NCBI GenBank assembly: GCA_030141605.1
Contig: JAQGDQ010000079.1
Location: 310,001-374,000 of the forward strand
Reading direction: 5' to 3'
From: Tubiluchus corallicola
Lineage: Eukaryota > Animalia > Priapulida
Length of the DNA stretch: 64,000 nucleotides
Shown in pieces: positions 26,997 through 40,390 of the stretch; the stretch's first letter is position 1, and each line of letters opens with the position of its first letter. Under the pieces are notes generated by a model. It was not told the origin of the DNA and did not search any database. It was given only the letters and a program-made list of their open reading frames with translations. The translations under genes were made by a program, and so were the position numbers.

Positions 26997-29123
26997 TCAA
27001 AAGATAACAAATAAACTTTAAACAGTAAACAAATAAACTTTAAATAGTAAAACAATTTCAGAGTTTAATTTTTATTAATCACAAATGAATTGCACTTTTC
27101 TTCATTTTAGTTGGTTCCTGTAATCAATGACAGTGCTGCATTTTATTTTTGTGTCTATTCCCAGTGCTATGATAAATTTATTTTGTTCTAAGACAGCAAC
27201 ATTCAGTAAATAAACCACCGTCTGCCTAGTAGCCAATCTGCCTGTTTATCTTCTTTGCATCTCACTCACTTACCCCAAATTCCTTTGCTTTAAGTCTGGT
27301 CCATCTCATGTCAGCCACAATACTTACATTATTTACAAGGTGATGCAGCAGATCGGGCCCAGTGTTTTATATTGTTAACTCGTCTGTCACCTTTTTAAAA
27401 CTATAAAGGAGTCTTGAAATGCGCTACAGCTTCCTCTCTTTCAAACATCTATTTACATGGTTCGGATTTATTATTTACCCTTATCTACCAGTACTGGAGG
27501 CCAGAACACCCTAAGCACACCAAATATTTTTATCAAGTTTAGATTTAGATTTATATGCCATGTTTATTTATGCAACACTGGTATTAAAGAGTAGATAAAA
27601 CAGCAATGCAAGATGAAAGACAATGCACCTGATACAAACTACAGAAGTCCCACAAATCTTCTGAGCAATGAAAGCCTTGTATGAGACTGATCTGATAATG
27701 ACTTCTATTTAACAAAGTGCAGGTCTGTGATTCATAGCTAAACCGTCTCTGTTCTTAACTCCTCTGTTTACCTCTTCAAAAGAAACACATAGCAAAGCTC
27801 AGCTCTGCATATCATATCAGTAAGTACAATTAAATTGGAATGTGACAAGATAAACTATAAACATGCACTACATACATATATATATTTAATCTTTCTTCCG
27901 CATTATAATTTTTGCAAAAAACAATTACAGTGCAGTTGGCTAGCAGCAACTTGACCACATAATAATATTTACATGAACGTTAGTAGTTGAAATCACATTA
28001 AAAAACTTATAGCCTTACAGGTTAACAAGTTAATAGGTTATTGCCTTTTATTTCGCTGTTATTAAAACCAGGTATGTAGTTCTCATCATGAAATGGTCAA
28101 TATGGTTTATGTGCTAAATAATCAACATAAGCATAAAATAAAAACTTTCATTACGTAATTTAAGTTTGGACTAATTTTCGTATTAGAAAAGTATTTGTTA
28201 AGAAGAGACGGTGCCTTTAAAATGGTATTGGTGTGTTTGTTCATGCTGTTATTCAATTTTACAATACAAGGCAGAAAAAAGTCAGCAAACATAAATAGTG
28301 TTATACTATTTACCATACAGGTTGAGCAGTATTCTTTTAGCTGACATAGTTTTAAAGAAGTATGACATGGAATTAACTGATTTAATATAGTCAAGATGGC
28401 ATCTCTTAATTTCACGATTAGTCCATGTTACACATCAGACGTTGTCCAAGACATGGTATTTCATGGTGCCATTTTAACTTTACATTATTAGCTGTGATAT
28501 TGGGGGGTTTTATATGTGGATTTCTGCTGACCAAATGTTATAACTGTATAGTAACTTATTGTTCTTATAAGCTTAGGAAATGTGTTATGAAATTAAATTG
28601 TCAACATTTTAAAAAGACAGTAAGTGCAAGTGCATTAAGTGATGATTTGTTTTTTGGCTTACTAAAGGCCAGTATAGGCTAGGGTCAGTGTCAGCAAATA
28701 AAGGGCTTTGGTGGGTCTGCAGCGGTTCAGAGTTTGAATTATACAGATCAGATTCCACTGAAAGATTCCAAAGCCTGTGGGCCTTGGACAAACAATGGTT
28801 GACCAGATTACTTCTTTGTCAATGTTTTGGTAAAAATAATCTTTCAATAAAGTGTCTGTTTCGAAAGCTACACAATAACAAATAGGCCAAATGCCTTTTT
28901 AGTCTTTACCCTCGTTTGAAAAGAACTTTGACAGGATCTACAAGATCTAATCACAACTTTGTCACGGCGCTATTACACTTTCGCAAATCCTAGTTTTTTT
29001 CTGGCCTATTGTTTGTTTTCACGCCTGCAGGCCAGAAAGCAGACCAACAGGCGCAATATACACCATATTCCCATAATATTATTGGTTTTTCGGCCTTACA
29101 ATTCCAGATTAAAGTCGTACATT

Positions 29124-29215
29124 ACTTACCGTCACCAACATGCAAGAAGCTCCACGTGAATAACTGTGTTTACACCACTCATGCGCAATCGCTCTCGCGC
29201 AGTGACGTATATGGC
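29124..29215 (-). promoter_or_regulatory. Candidate PRMT1 promoter and first (leader) exon
   Basis: Locally CpG-richer patch (GCGCAATCGCTCTCGCGCAGTGACGT) followed on the - strand by a strong donor G|GTAAGT at 29130/29129. A matching acceptor (TTGATGCAG|A-ATG) lies 1 nt before the PRMT1 ATG. The linkage is inferred. Confidence 0.45.
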
Positions 29216-30335
29216 ACTTAACCTGTATTTTTAGTTTCTTTGCATAATTTATGATTATTATGGTTGCAGCCACGGGAGTTTGTATCGTATTACAGTGTTC
29301 CCCGCTACTTCAAAAATATTAATGTGAAATATTTATCTCGGTATCCTTGCTGTTTCGATGGCATCAGAATAGTGGTGGTGATGGCGATAACGATAAAAGT
29401 AACACTGCAATAATGGTGGTGATAATGAGTACATAAAACTAAAATGCCATTATAGTCCTGTGTCAGTCATTGTCTTTTCTTCAAAAGACTTCCCAAATTT
29501 TTTGTTTCTTCTTCACTGTATAGTCAGACCCAAGCTGGCATATACGAGGAAATTATTTTAGACGACTACAGTTATTTATCATTAATTTCATTTATTACTT
29601 TAGTATTATAAAAGTAAAGGTTTTTTCTTTATGTCGTAAATGACGTTAAGATAAAAGTGTGTCACGTGCCTTTTAAGCTATGCCCTGATAATGCATAAAC
29701 TAGTACGAAATTCGTCACGTAACCACACACACAAACATGAAGGCGGTACGAACTGTATAGTGTACAACTGTGAATACAACGTAATTATTGGTAATTATAT
29801 ACTAAATATATGAGTAAATTACCACGAGATTAGCGGAAACATTCACTGATGACGTGAGAATAATAGAATAATGACCTATGAGCCTAGGAACGAGTAATAA
29901 CCTAGAAAAAACTAGGAGGTGCGAAAGTGTAATAGCGCCCTTTGTCACCTTTTACTGTTTTACTTAGTAAATTTTCAGCCCAACAATACAACATTTTACA
30001 AACGCAGGGATACGAGCATCCGCATTATTATTATATAGTAATAATTCGGCAACTAATTAAGTTAATGTTTTGCATGTCTGATTTTATACTTCGTGCAGTT
30101 TCTTTAAATACATGTGACTCAGTGAAGACGGTATCCACGTGCTCAGTGATAATGGTAAGTAGACCCATTGTCTAATATGCTAACTTACCTACAACAGTTA
30201 AAATTCTGTATTTGTCGGAATTACCACCGCGCTGTACCCACTATGAGAGAATAACTCAGGAGACAAACAAGCTCGGCAAGAAGATAGTAACACAATTTGA
30301 AAATACAGCTCCAACAAAATTAACGCATCAACAAA

Positions 30336-30547
30336 ATGGACAAAAACGAACGTCGACAATGTTTATTTTATTCAGCTGCATGTAGATGCCGCCACCTTTC
30401 TAACACGTGCGCTGTCTTGTTTTGAGGTATGACTTAGTAATGACATGGACAAAAACGAACGTCGACAATGTTTATTTTATTCAGCTGCATGTAGATGCCG
30501 CCACCTTTCTAACACGTGCGCTGTCTTGTTTTGAGGTATGACTTAGT
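30336..30547 (+). repeat. Perfect tandem duplication, 2 x 103 bp with a 6-bp spacer
   Basis: ATGGACAAAAACGAACG...TTTGAGGTATGACTTAGT at 30336-30438 and 30445-30547, spacer AATGAC. Confidence 0.95.
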
Positions 30548-30872
30548 TTTAGTATTATTACTTACGTACGGCACGATGGATTAACTAAAAAGTTAATTAT
30601 TGTTAAACTTAAAGGTATTTATTTCAGCTTGGTTACTTTTCTTCTTTATTATCTACAATAATCATTACGCCTAATGTTTTCCAAGTTGACAAAAGTTAAA
30701 ATTAGTTTTAGCAGATTTTTCTACCTGTCTAAATGTATGTATAAACTATCAGTATCAGAAGTAATAATATTAATAATGCTTAATAGATCTGCAATCTAGT
30801 ATTCACACTTTTAATTTTTAAAATTACATTACCAAATTAATGGCTATCTCCTTTTAAGTAGATTTTGCATCA

Positions 30873-33800
30873 ATGTCTGCCGGGCCACTTACCACACACG
30901 TCTTAGACACTGCAAGAGGAAAGCCAGCTGCACACATTGAGATAGAGTTGCATCGAATGTCTGGTCCTGGAATATGGAGCTTTCTAAATTCTGGGTACAC
31001 CAGCTATTTCTAAAATGTTTCATGGTGGCTGTAGTTTCTTGACATTTACTAAAGACTGGTGACTATGCCCTGTCCAAGGAGTGTTATACCATTTTCCTTA
31101 TGCACCTTAAGCCCCCAGGCTGGAATTTGTAAGGTAAACTTGGCATGTGTACAGGCATCAAGGATATTACCGAAACTGAAATTTATGAAAAAAAGGAAAC
31201 CGCACTGAAACCAAACCGAAATAATTTTTGCAACAGCAACTACTGGCTTTTCAACTACTTTTGCAAAACCAACTACCATCAAAACTGAAAAAATTCTGAA
31301 ATAAATAAAATACTTTATTCTGTTTGTTTGCTTTTATTTGCTCTGATACAAATTGATGAAGTAGCTAGGTGTTGTGGAGAAGGCTAGTATTCATTAGAAC
31401 TGAATGGAAAATTGTAGAATGTTCTATAGTATAGTAGAACAATCTTTTTACCTTGTAGAAGCAATCGTAGATTCTAGAACTTTCTATACGCGATGCGCGT
31501 AGTAGTTTCTAGATTGTTCTGGTGTTTCCATTTGTATTGATATATAAGGCAGAGCTGGCCACTCAAGTTTATTCTCAGATACGCACACTCTCACTTACAT
31601 GTTTCCAGATTATCACTTGACTGTACATATTTTGAGTTCCTTCATACTTTGTGTTATGGAATTCTCACACAATAAACCTATTTAATTTGACAACGTGTTT
31701 TCTGGTTTTCTCTACGAGCCGTCTGAGAGAAAGAAACACAACATTAGGTAAAAAATCTTAACCAGAAACCAAATAAGTAGAAATATGTTTATGGTTAAAA
31801 ATCATGATGCTTTAAAAAAATTGACAAATTTTATTTTGTTTCCTATATTTCATAAATTATAAAATTAAACTTGGTTTTATTCAAATTGTGCTTTGATATT
31901 TCGGTTTATTGTGCCTGGAGGCCTTAAAGCTTCACAGCTGTGATGAGCGGACCATGATCCTGTGGACCGGATCAGACCAAGATCGGCAAGGTTTTTTGCT
32001 GATCAGATCGGATCGGATCAGATTGCAAATGTACTATTGAACATAATGATTTATGCGGACCAGATGTGGATCAAATATTTGGTGGATCAGATCTTTGCAG
32101 ATTTTAATTTTCATTAATGTTTCTCCGCACTATTTGGCAGTGTTTGCATTGCGGGGAAAAAATGACAGACGGACACTCATCGCAAGCTACCAGGTTGAAT
32201 AACAGTTAAATGAAAATAATAATTAGCTTCATTAATCATTAAATGAACATACTACTGTACTAGCAGTAGTAGCAGCAGCAGCAATAGTAAAATCTGTTAA
32301 AAATACTAATGCTAAAATATTAAAATAACATCAGATAGAGAATATTCTTATATTCCTTCCTGCAGTTGCAATTAGTCAATGAAAATCAAACTACCCAGTT
32401 GATACACTGCAACTGGGTGCAATTGCCACTGATTTATAATATTTTTGTTTATTTAAACCAAGGGCAGCAAAAAATGCAAATTATTGTGCGGATCAGAAAC
32501 CTTGCAGATCAGGACAGATCGCGGATTAGAATTAATTTATATTAGCGGTTGCAGATCGCTGTTAATAGCAAAATGCAGATTTTTAGTAGCCAGTAGATTT
32601 CATCTTGGTAGACCAATTTGTTGCAGATCAGGAAATTAGTCGATCTGCTCAACCCTGCTTCACAATGATCAGCACTGAAGATATGCCACATTGCCATGAA
32701 AAGCATGCTATAAATAATACAAAAGGTTAAATAAACAATACTTTAGTTTTATTTGAAGTTTTAACATCTATGGGAAACGAAAGGTAAGCTGGTTAAATAC
32801 TACTAAACCTCGGAGAATTGTTACCGAAAATTATGGAAAGTTTCGGCTATGGAACAATAAATTTCGACTAAAACGAAACTGAACCGAAAGTGCAATTATT
32901 GACAAAGCAAAATGACATTTTCGTTTCAGTAACATACATGACGGGCATGAAAATTTTTGCTGGTATGTGCTTGGTATCAGAAAATTGATGTATAATTAAG
33001 CCACTAAAGACATTGAATATGAAAATAAATTACTTGAATCCCTTCAAAGAGAAAATTTAATAAGTTCTTCAAACCACACACAGATAGCCATACTAGTTTC
33101 GCCACAATGTGATTTATAGAATATAGGGAGTGCTGCATTTGTAGGCCGAGGTGTTCGCGCATGGTGCAGCATGTTTTGCAGCTTGGATAAGACCAATATA
33201 ATTATTATTGTTCACAAGTCCCGTGCAGTGTCCTCACCTACACATATTCCTTTTGCCCTCCATCAGTCACAATTTGGAACACACTTCCAGCCAAAGCAAT
33301 AAACACTAACTCCTCATACATTCCTGACACTAAAGCCACCTTCCCACATGGGAAGATTTCAAATTACACAAGGTGCACATATATATCCACACTCGGCAGG
33401 CCTCTATTCTTTTATAATATTGGTTATAATATGCGGGTCATGCACAATTCCAATTTAGCTTTTAGAATTAACGATTAAAGAGCAGCTTTTGTTACAATGT
33501 TACATTTTTCATTACATTATATTTTATATGCTTTCTGTTTAGCTTCTTTACAACTGCTAGCCTTGTCATATTTACAAAGTATCAATTGCTACTATTGTAA
33601 TTTTGCAATTGACTCCGAATTTTCTGTTTTTTACAGGAAAACTAATGCTGATGGAAGGTTACCTGGCTTGCTAGCAGATGGAGCCTTAATTCCTGGTATC
33701 TATAAACTCAAATTTGACACGGCTGGCTATTTCAAGTCAATTGGAACACAAGGATTTTATCCTTATGTTGAAGTAATTGAACGTATTCTATCTAGTATCT

Positions 33801-35399
33801 TAAAATTTAAAAAAATGATTAACACTGTATGAAATTGACCATTAAGTGATCGTGTTAATCCTTATAAGCATAGTAGATTTGATGAATTTATTCATTGGTG
33901 AAATTTGGTTTTCAGTACAAAATGCAGCGTAGATGCAATGAAAGTTCCAAGTCTGGGGAATGGGAACCTTAACGCTGTCAAGCAGCGCCTATTGTCCGTT
34001 ATTGTGTGAATCTGTTATCTGTTCACAATTTACATTTTAAAACATTTGATCTCTTGGGGTATAGACTTGAGATTTTTGGTGTGGGATAACTTTTGAACAA
34101 AATAATGGCCATTATCATAGTTCATCCAGAAAGGGGTAAACGGGCATAAGCCTCAAGAGATGCACAGTGGGAAGATCTGAGTCAGCTCAATGCAAAGATT
34201 TAGAGTGGCCTGTCACCTATTGACAATTCACCATTGATAGAAAATATATTATCACCCCCCACCCCCAAAGCAGTTCCTGGATTTGAACATTTGCATTTAC
34301 AATGTCATAAAGGCAGTTTTTGTCCTACATAATGTAAAGTGTTATTTATAAATTATCTATAAGTATGACAGCATTTAGATACTGCTCTTGCTATGTCTTA
34401 TCATCCCTTCTAGTCCCCCGGTGATGGGAATAGTGGGAGAATTTGAGTCACGCAGTAGCTCAATATTAGGAATTAGAGTGCATTGACAATTCAACACTGA
34501 CAAAAATATATTAATCTCCTACCACAGGAAGGGTGGATCCAGAATTCTAACAATTGTAACAATAGTGTTATAAAGATAGGTTTAAAATTTGAAGGTTTTG
34601 CAAAATTTCAAGTGTAAATGTTAGGTTCTGGGCAATTGCCCAGGTCAATGATCCACCTCAAAGGAAGCAGGAGGAATGATGCAAGATGGTAGATATAGTG
34701 TGAGAATCTGAATCAGCTCAATGATCTGTCACCTGTATAATCCTGTTACAACAAAAATGCTTTATCTCCTCACTATCCAGGGATGGGGAGGGAAGATCCA
34801 GGAGTCGAATAATTATAACTGTAGTTTTATGAAGGTAGGTTTTGTGTGCAAAATGTCAAGTGTAAACGCTAGACAGTTTGTTAGAACTTTTGCAAGGGCC
34901 TAGGATAAAGGTAAAAATTGCCAAAAGTGCCAGCTGTACAAAACTTGCTGTATGAATTTTAGACGTCAAAAATGTTTGAACCCTGTTTATCCAGGAGGCA
35001 CCACTGGGAAATTAGTTCTGTTTGTATACCTTAATTGCCTTTGGGAATTTGTGAACCAAATTTAGCTAAAATGATCTTATGTTAAAAGACAATATCCTCA
35101 AGTCAAAAGTGAGTGTCAGGGAACCTACAGCATTATTGATGCTCTGATTAAGTAAACATTAACATCGCTATTATTATACTTAGTTTTGCAACATTTAAAA
35201 TGTCTTGAAAGTTTAGAAACATTGTAAATATTGTGCCTATGCAGTTATTATATGTAATTGCAATAGCTAAAAGGTTCATAGCATTTTAATACATTTTTGG
35301 TTTTTCTAGGTGGTGTTTGAGATTGAGGAATCCAGTCAACATTACCATGTTCCATTACTTCTAAACCCTTATGGTTACAGTACTTACAGAGGAAGTTAG
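30873..35399 (+). CDS. URAH: 5-hydroxyisourate hydrolase (transthyretin-related protein), 115 aa, 3 coding exons
   Basis: Exons 30873-30994, 33637-33772 and 35310-35399 in frame. PLTTHVLDTARGKPA, TNADGR, GIYKLKFDTAGYF, FYPYVEVVF, HYHVPLLLNPYGYSTYRGS* (diagnostic C-terminal YRGS). Confidence 0.96.
31370..31743 (+). mobile_element. Solo LTR (374 bp) inserted in the hAT-like element
   Basis: TGTTGTG...CACAACA perfect 7-bp terminal inverted ends; 5-bp TSD CTAGG/TTAGG; internal TATATAA (~31541) and AATAAA (31671); no internal coding region. Confidence 0.8.
31938..32657. mobile_element. Second non-autonomous hAT-like element nested in the first
   Basis: Imperfect TIRs CTGTGATGAGCGGACC / GATCTGCTCAACCCTG; 8-bp TSD CTTCACAG (31930-31937) / CTTCACAA (32658-32665); dense subterminal (C/G)GGATC/CAGATC repeats. 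Confidence 0.75.
34160..34870 (+). repeat. Degenerate tandem repeat, ~3 units of ~265 bp, in URAH intron 2
   Basis: Recurrent AGTG(G/T)GA.A.A.T.TGA.TCA..GCTCAAT...AAAATATATT...GATCCAG blocks starting near 34167, 34432 and 34698. Confidence 0.6.
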
Positions 35400-36049
35400 C
35401 TTGACAGAACCGACACTTACTAAGTTTCTAGTTACTGTCACACTACAGTTGAAGCAATAGTGTGCATAATGTCCAGTGGATTTATGAAGATCAGAGAGTG
35501 GGATATGTGTAATGAACATGACTATATACTTTATTAATGCTGACTTTTTAGTACATGTTCTGGGTGCTACAATTATGTTAATATCGAATAACAACGTAAT
35601 CGTAGTTTTTAAGTCTTCTCTATTTTATGTAATACAATTTTAAAATGCAACAAAAAGATTTACATTTAGTAAATTTAGTATGATTGTTAGACAATAATTA
35701 CCCCGACTCCCGAGTTCAGTGCCAAATATTTAATAAGATATTTAGCTGCAGCACTAATGCTGCACAGTATTGTTTCATGCTTTTTCTATGGAATACAATG
35801 AGTATGATTCTTGAGGCATTGATGGATTGGTTAATTATGAAACAGTAACTGGTGCTGTGGAGCAGTATAATTCCGTAAATCAATTGTTTTGTGTTCACCT
35901 CAAACATTATTTTAGTGATTTGTAAATAATATATATATCTAATTATTTTCGTTAGAAAAATTTTGTACATGTTCAGTTTCTTAAATAAAAGTGGCATTTC
36001 GTTGTTTCAGATCTGCTTCCACTGATTTTCCTTCCTTCCATATCTCACA

Positions 36050-36528
<479 letters not shown>

Positions 36529-36744
36529 AATTGTTTGCTACATATTAACAGCAGGAAATTAAAATCTGTAACTCATACTTGGACAGTTGTGTTCATTGCA
36601 TGATTTTGTCTGCAGGTCATTTCATCATTCTTACCTTTGAGATCCTTCTTGCTGCTTATGCTCACAGGGGGCATAATAAATTCTGTCAGCTCTATTTTTT
36701 ACGCTGTACCTGGTATTCCAACTAAAGACAGCATCAAAGCATTA

Positions 36745-37790
36745 GGGCCTATGTCTGCTCTATCTTGGTTCTGGTCTGTCTGAGAGATGAACTGTCTGTG
36801 GTCTGGTGTTTGACTGATCTGTCTTGGGGGCTGACCTGCCTGAGAAGTGATTTGTCAGTGGTCTGTTCTGTGTCAGATAAATATGGGATCTGGTTCATGG
36901 AGGTCTAATTTTCAGAAATCTTGCCTGTAGCTGGTCTCCATGGGGTCTGGTCTTCAAAAGTCTGATCTGTTGTCTGTTGAGATGCCTGGTCTATGGCTGA
37001 TCTGTCTGTGATCTAGTCTTTACAGGTCTGATCAAGTGATCACACCTGACAACCGTAGGACATTATATGGCCCCAAAAAATGGCATGCTGTATTGTTTTA
37101 TCTGCCCAATCTGACAATAAGACAGAAAAGGTGATTTCCTGGCCACCCTAACTTAGATGGGAAACATGCGACTAAACCCTGGTGGTCAGTGTCATCCGTG
37201 AAAAAGAATAAACAAGCAGTTTGATTGACGATTATTCACTTTGTGCATATGTAGTATCAAAGTCGTATCTATCAGACTATCTACTGTCAGACCACTGGTA
37301 GACCACATCTCAGGCAGACCAGATCAGATCACCCAAAGAGCAGAACCACTAAATAAATCAGACTTCTGAAGACTAGAACCCAGGTAACCCAGATGCAGGA
37401 CAGACCTCAGACAGACAAACACTGGGCCTCTGAAGACTAGATTAATGAATAATTCTGACTTCTGTAGACAAACTGCAAGTAGACTCCAACAGGCCAGGCT
37501 TCGCACAGACCATCCAAAGACCAGAACTTTGAAAACCTAATACAGACCAGACCACTGATACATCATATCTCAGACAGTACAAAACTCCAAACAGACCAGT
37601 CAAGGGCCAGACCTCTGAATAGGCCATACATCTGAAGCCCAAACGCCATACAGACGAGGCACAGACCAGGCCACTGATAGATAATATCTCAGGCAGCCGA
37701 AGACCCAAGCAGACATTCACAAACCAGACTGCTGGCAGATCAGACTTCAGACTGACCACTCAAGAACAAACCAAACAGACCGACATTTGG
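36745..37790. repeat. Foldback-like structure: GGTCTG-rich left arm and CAGACC-rich right arm in inverted orientation around a ~240-bp core
   Basis: The left arm 36831-36865 CTGACCTGCCTGAGAAGTGATTTGTCAGTGGTCTG matches the reverse complement of 37288-37322 (CTGGTCTGCCTGAGATGTGGTCTACCAGTGGTCTG). Related units recur near 37544 and 37669. Confidence 0.7.
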
Positions 37791-37856
37791 AACAGAAAAA
37801 ACTAACCCAGTCCATTAATTAAAGCAAGCTCAGACACAGCCAACACTGCATTAGTT

Positions 37857-37990
37857 TGTTACGTAATGCATCATTTTTATTACATAATGATTGTTACGTA
37901 ATGACATAAAATAACGACAAATTTTGTGATTTGTTACATAATGCAGCTTTTTTGTTACATGATGCTGAACTGTTATATAATGAGCCTTAA
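37857..37990 (+). repeat. Array of six (G)TTAC(G/A)TAATG motifs, probably a transposon subterminal remnant
   Basis: Copies at about 37858, 37879, 37893, 37933, 37954 and 37972. Confidence 0.7.
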
Positions 37991-38505
37991 CGGAAGTAAT
38001 CGGGGAAAGCATGTCACTCAAGAATTATATAGGCGAATTTCTTTCGTATTAAACAAATCTGTCGTTCACTCGTGTTTAGACTTCAGCGAAAGCGTGTGAA
38101 TCACTTTCACAACGAATCATCGGCAACCCTTGATAGTCTAAATTTGTAATAATCATTCAGTGTGAGGCACTGAACTGGCAGAAGTGTCTGGACAAAATAT
38201 GTGTACATCATCACTTAATGAGAGAAATAACCAGAGCAGCATGGTAGCTGAAACCGCCTAAAAGGTGCTTTAACTTTGATAGCTAAGCAAAGCAAGCCAT
38301 GTTATCGCTCAGCTATTCTTGTCTATAGACGTCCAAAAAAGGCTCCAAATGTAAAAGTTTCGCATGAAATGCAAATCATATTTAGTGCTGAAGTTGCTGA
38401 ACACAAAAAAGACAAAAATATAATTCAAGCTAGCTATTAATCAATATTAGGACTACCGATAGCTACACATAATATGATAATTCTGCTTACTTGTTATATG
38501 TGACC

Positions 38506-38710
38506 CAAAGGACAAACTTTGCTGAGTTAAGTAATGCAACAAGCGATTATATTTCTAAATTCGGTTGGGGCTAAATGAAAAGCCTTGATTTTGAAAACAT
38601 TAAATTCGAATAGAACCCGTAGTTTTTAATTATTTATAAAATTAAGTTTTTAACCCTTAGGGCTAACTAACGTAACTGTTTTTTTGCAACTAAGCAAAGT
38701 TTGCGTTTTG
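38506..38710. mobile_element. Small MITE-like element
   Basis: Inverted ends CAAAGGACAAACTTTGCTGAGTT and reverse complement CAAAACGCAAACTTTGCTTAGTT; no clear TSD. Confidence 0.45.
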
Positions 38711-40262
38711 AGTGTAGAGCTATGTAATTTTTACTATTTGTGCTTAAGTTCAATTTGGCGGTACAAGTACAAGCCTGCCTAACTTCATGAAAGGTTCCCT
38801 AAAATACGCTTTGCAAGTAAAGCATATTTTTGAGCTTCTGCTCAGATACCCGCAGGCGTAGCTTATTGTGTTTCCAACTAAGTATCCAAATAAAAAAAAT
38901 TAATAAAGATTAAAAACACAAAGTACGTACACGAATGGTGACTTGGTCGCAAAAAAGTTTGGAACCATTTTTGGAAACGTAGGTGCGTGTACACTAATCA
39001 TTCACACATCACTAAGTACGCTCAGTGATTATAGTGTTTTACTGACAAAGCCATCCTGAAGTTCTGCTTATTACAGTCGACCGCCTTCTACACGTATTTC
39101 TCTGTTATAAAACCTTTGCGCCCTACAGTTAATTAATTTTAGGAAAAGGTTTTAGAAAGTGAATAACAATCATTCACGAAACGAAGCTAAGGCGGACAAA
39201 ATTAACCAACAAAATTTGTTTCCGTCAAAAAAAACATAAGACCTGCTAAGAAAAAATATCCATTCAATCAGCTTTACTTAGTGACACAATGCGTGCTCAC
39301 ATTATAAGTATGGCAGGTAATCAGCGGGTTGCGAAGTTGTATGGGATTTAAGAACAGATTTATTTGGCTTTAAGAGATGATGATGTGTTGAGCAGGTAAT
39401 TTAATCAGGATTGGTAAAGATGCAGTGATCTCTATGGGGAGCAGCTCATAATGATGTAGTCTGCATGGGTATGTCATTTTGATTTTCATTTTAATTTACT
39501 GGAAATTTTTCCTGTTGTTTATACCAACTTAGCAACACATATAAGCTTTAAATTTTAAAGTTTAAATGAATGTTCACATTATATCGTTTTCTTGCAGCGC
39601 GTCAATAGACTGTACTAGGGGTAAGTTATAGTAATGTATCTACATCATGCATTTTGGTTCAGTGCGGGGAGCGTTATAGCAAACGCCGTTGGCCGTTGCC
39701 ACAACTGCATTACCAGGTTTAATATGTGCACGTCTTAAGTTATTGGCGAAAGTTAATTGATCTTATGAATGTTCTCTGTATAAAATTGGATATATAGTGT
39801 GTCTTTATATGCGAATTTTAAAACTTGCTATGAACATTGGGCAATTATAATGCTCGTGGTTAATTTGAAACACAAAAGCACCGGTTTATAATTCTTTAGT
39901 ATTATGTTAAAAATTAATGTTAATCAATCCTGAGAAAAAATTAAACAAAATATATTTTAAAAATGAAATAAAAACATGAAAGTTTGGCTGTGCATTTGGA
40001 ATGGGAAACTTCGATGATTCAAGTAACCCAATTGTAATTGATTTTTTCACGTGCCCATGTTTCGACTAAATTAGGTACCAACAATGTTATTTACAACATT
40101 CACCATTCGGTTCCATAGGTTAGCTTTGCTTTTGCGAGCTTTGCGTGCTTAGCGATAATTGCAGCAGCTTCCCACTATTTTTAATTAAAAGAAAGCCAAC
40201 CTATATAAGTTTGAGTGCGCTCTGGGATTATTGAAGGCAGTCACGGCTTACCCCACTCAGCA

Positions 40263-40390
40263 GAGTGACGTCACTCGCTACTGAGCCAATCAGCTTCTGT
40301 ACTGAAACAAAGTCTGGAGATATTGAGTTATAATTACAAAGTCGGGGTGCATTACAGCCAGAAGTAGAGTGTGCTTGAGGCTGCGGAAAG
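40263..40390 (+). promoter_or_regulatory. Promoter and non-coding first exon of the neuropeptide gene (CRE, CCAAT, TATA, splice donor)
   Basis: Palindrome GAGTGACGTCACTC (40263-40276) containing the CRE TGACGTCA; AGCCAATCAG (CCAAT 40286-40290); TATAAT 40329; donor AAG|GTGAGC at 40390/40391; acceptor TTTTAG|AAAG at 42862, 12 nt before the ATG. Confidence 0.7.

Larger units (their letters stand above)
31159..32940. mobile_element. Non-autonomous hAT-like element (outer element of a nest)
   Basis: Imperfect TIRs CAAGGATATTACCGAAAC / GTTTCAGTAACATACATG; 8-bp TSD ACAGGCAT (31151-31158) / ACGGGCAT (32941-32948); subterminal ACCGAAA motifs at both ends. Confidence 0.75.
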
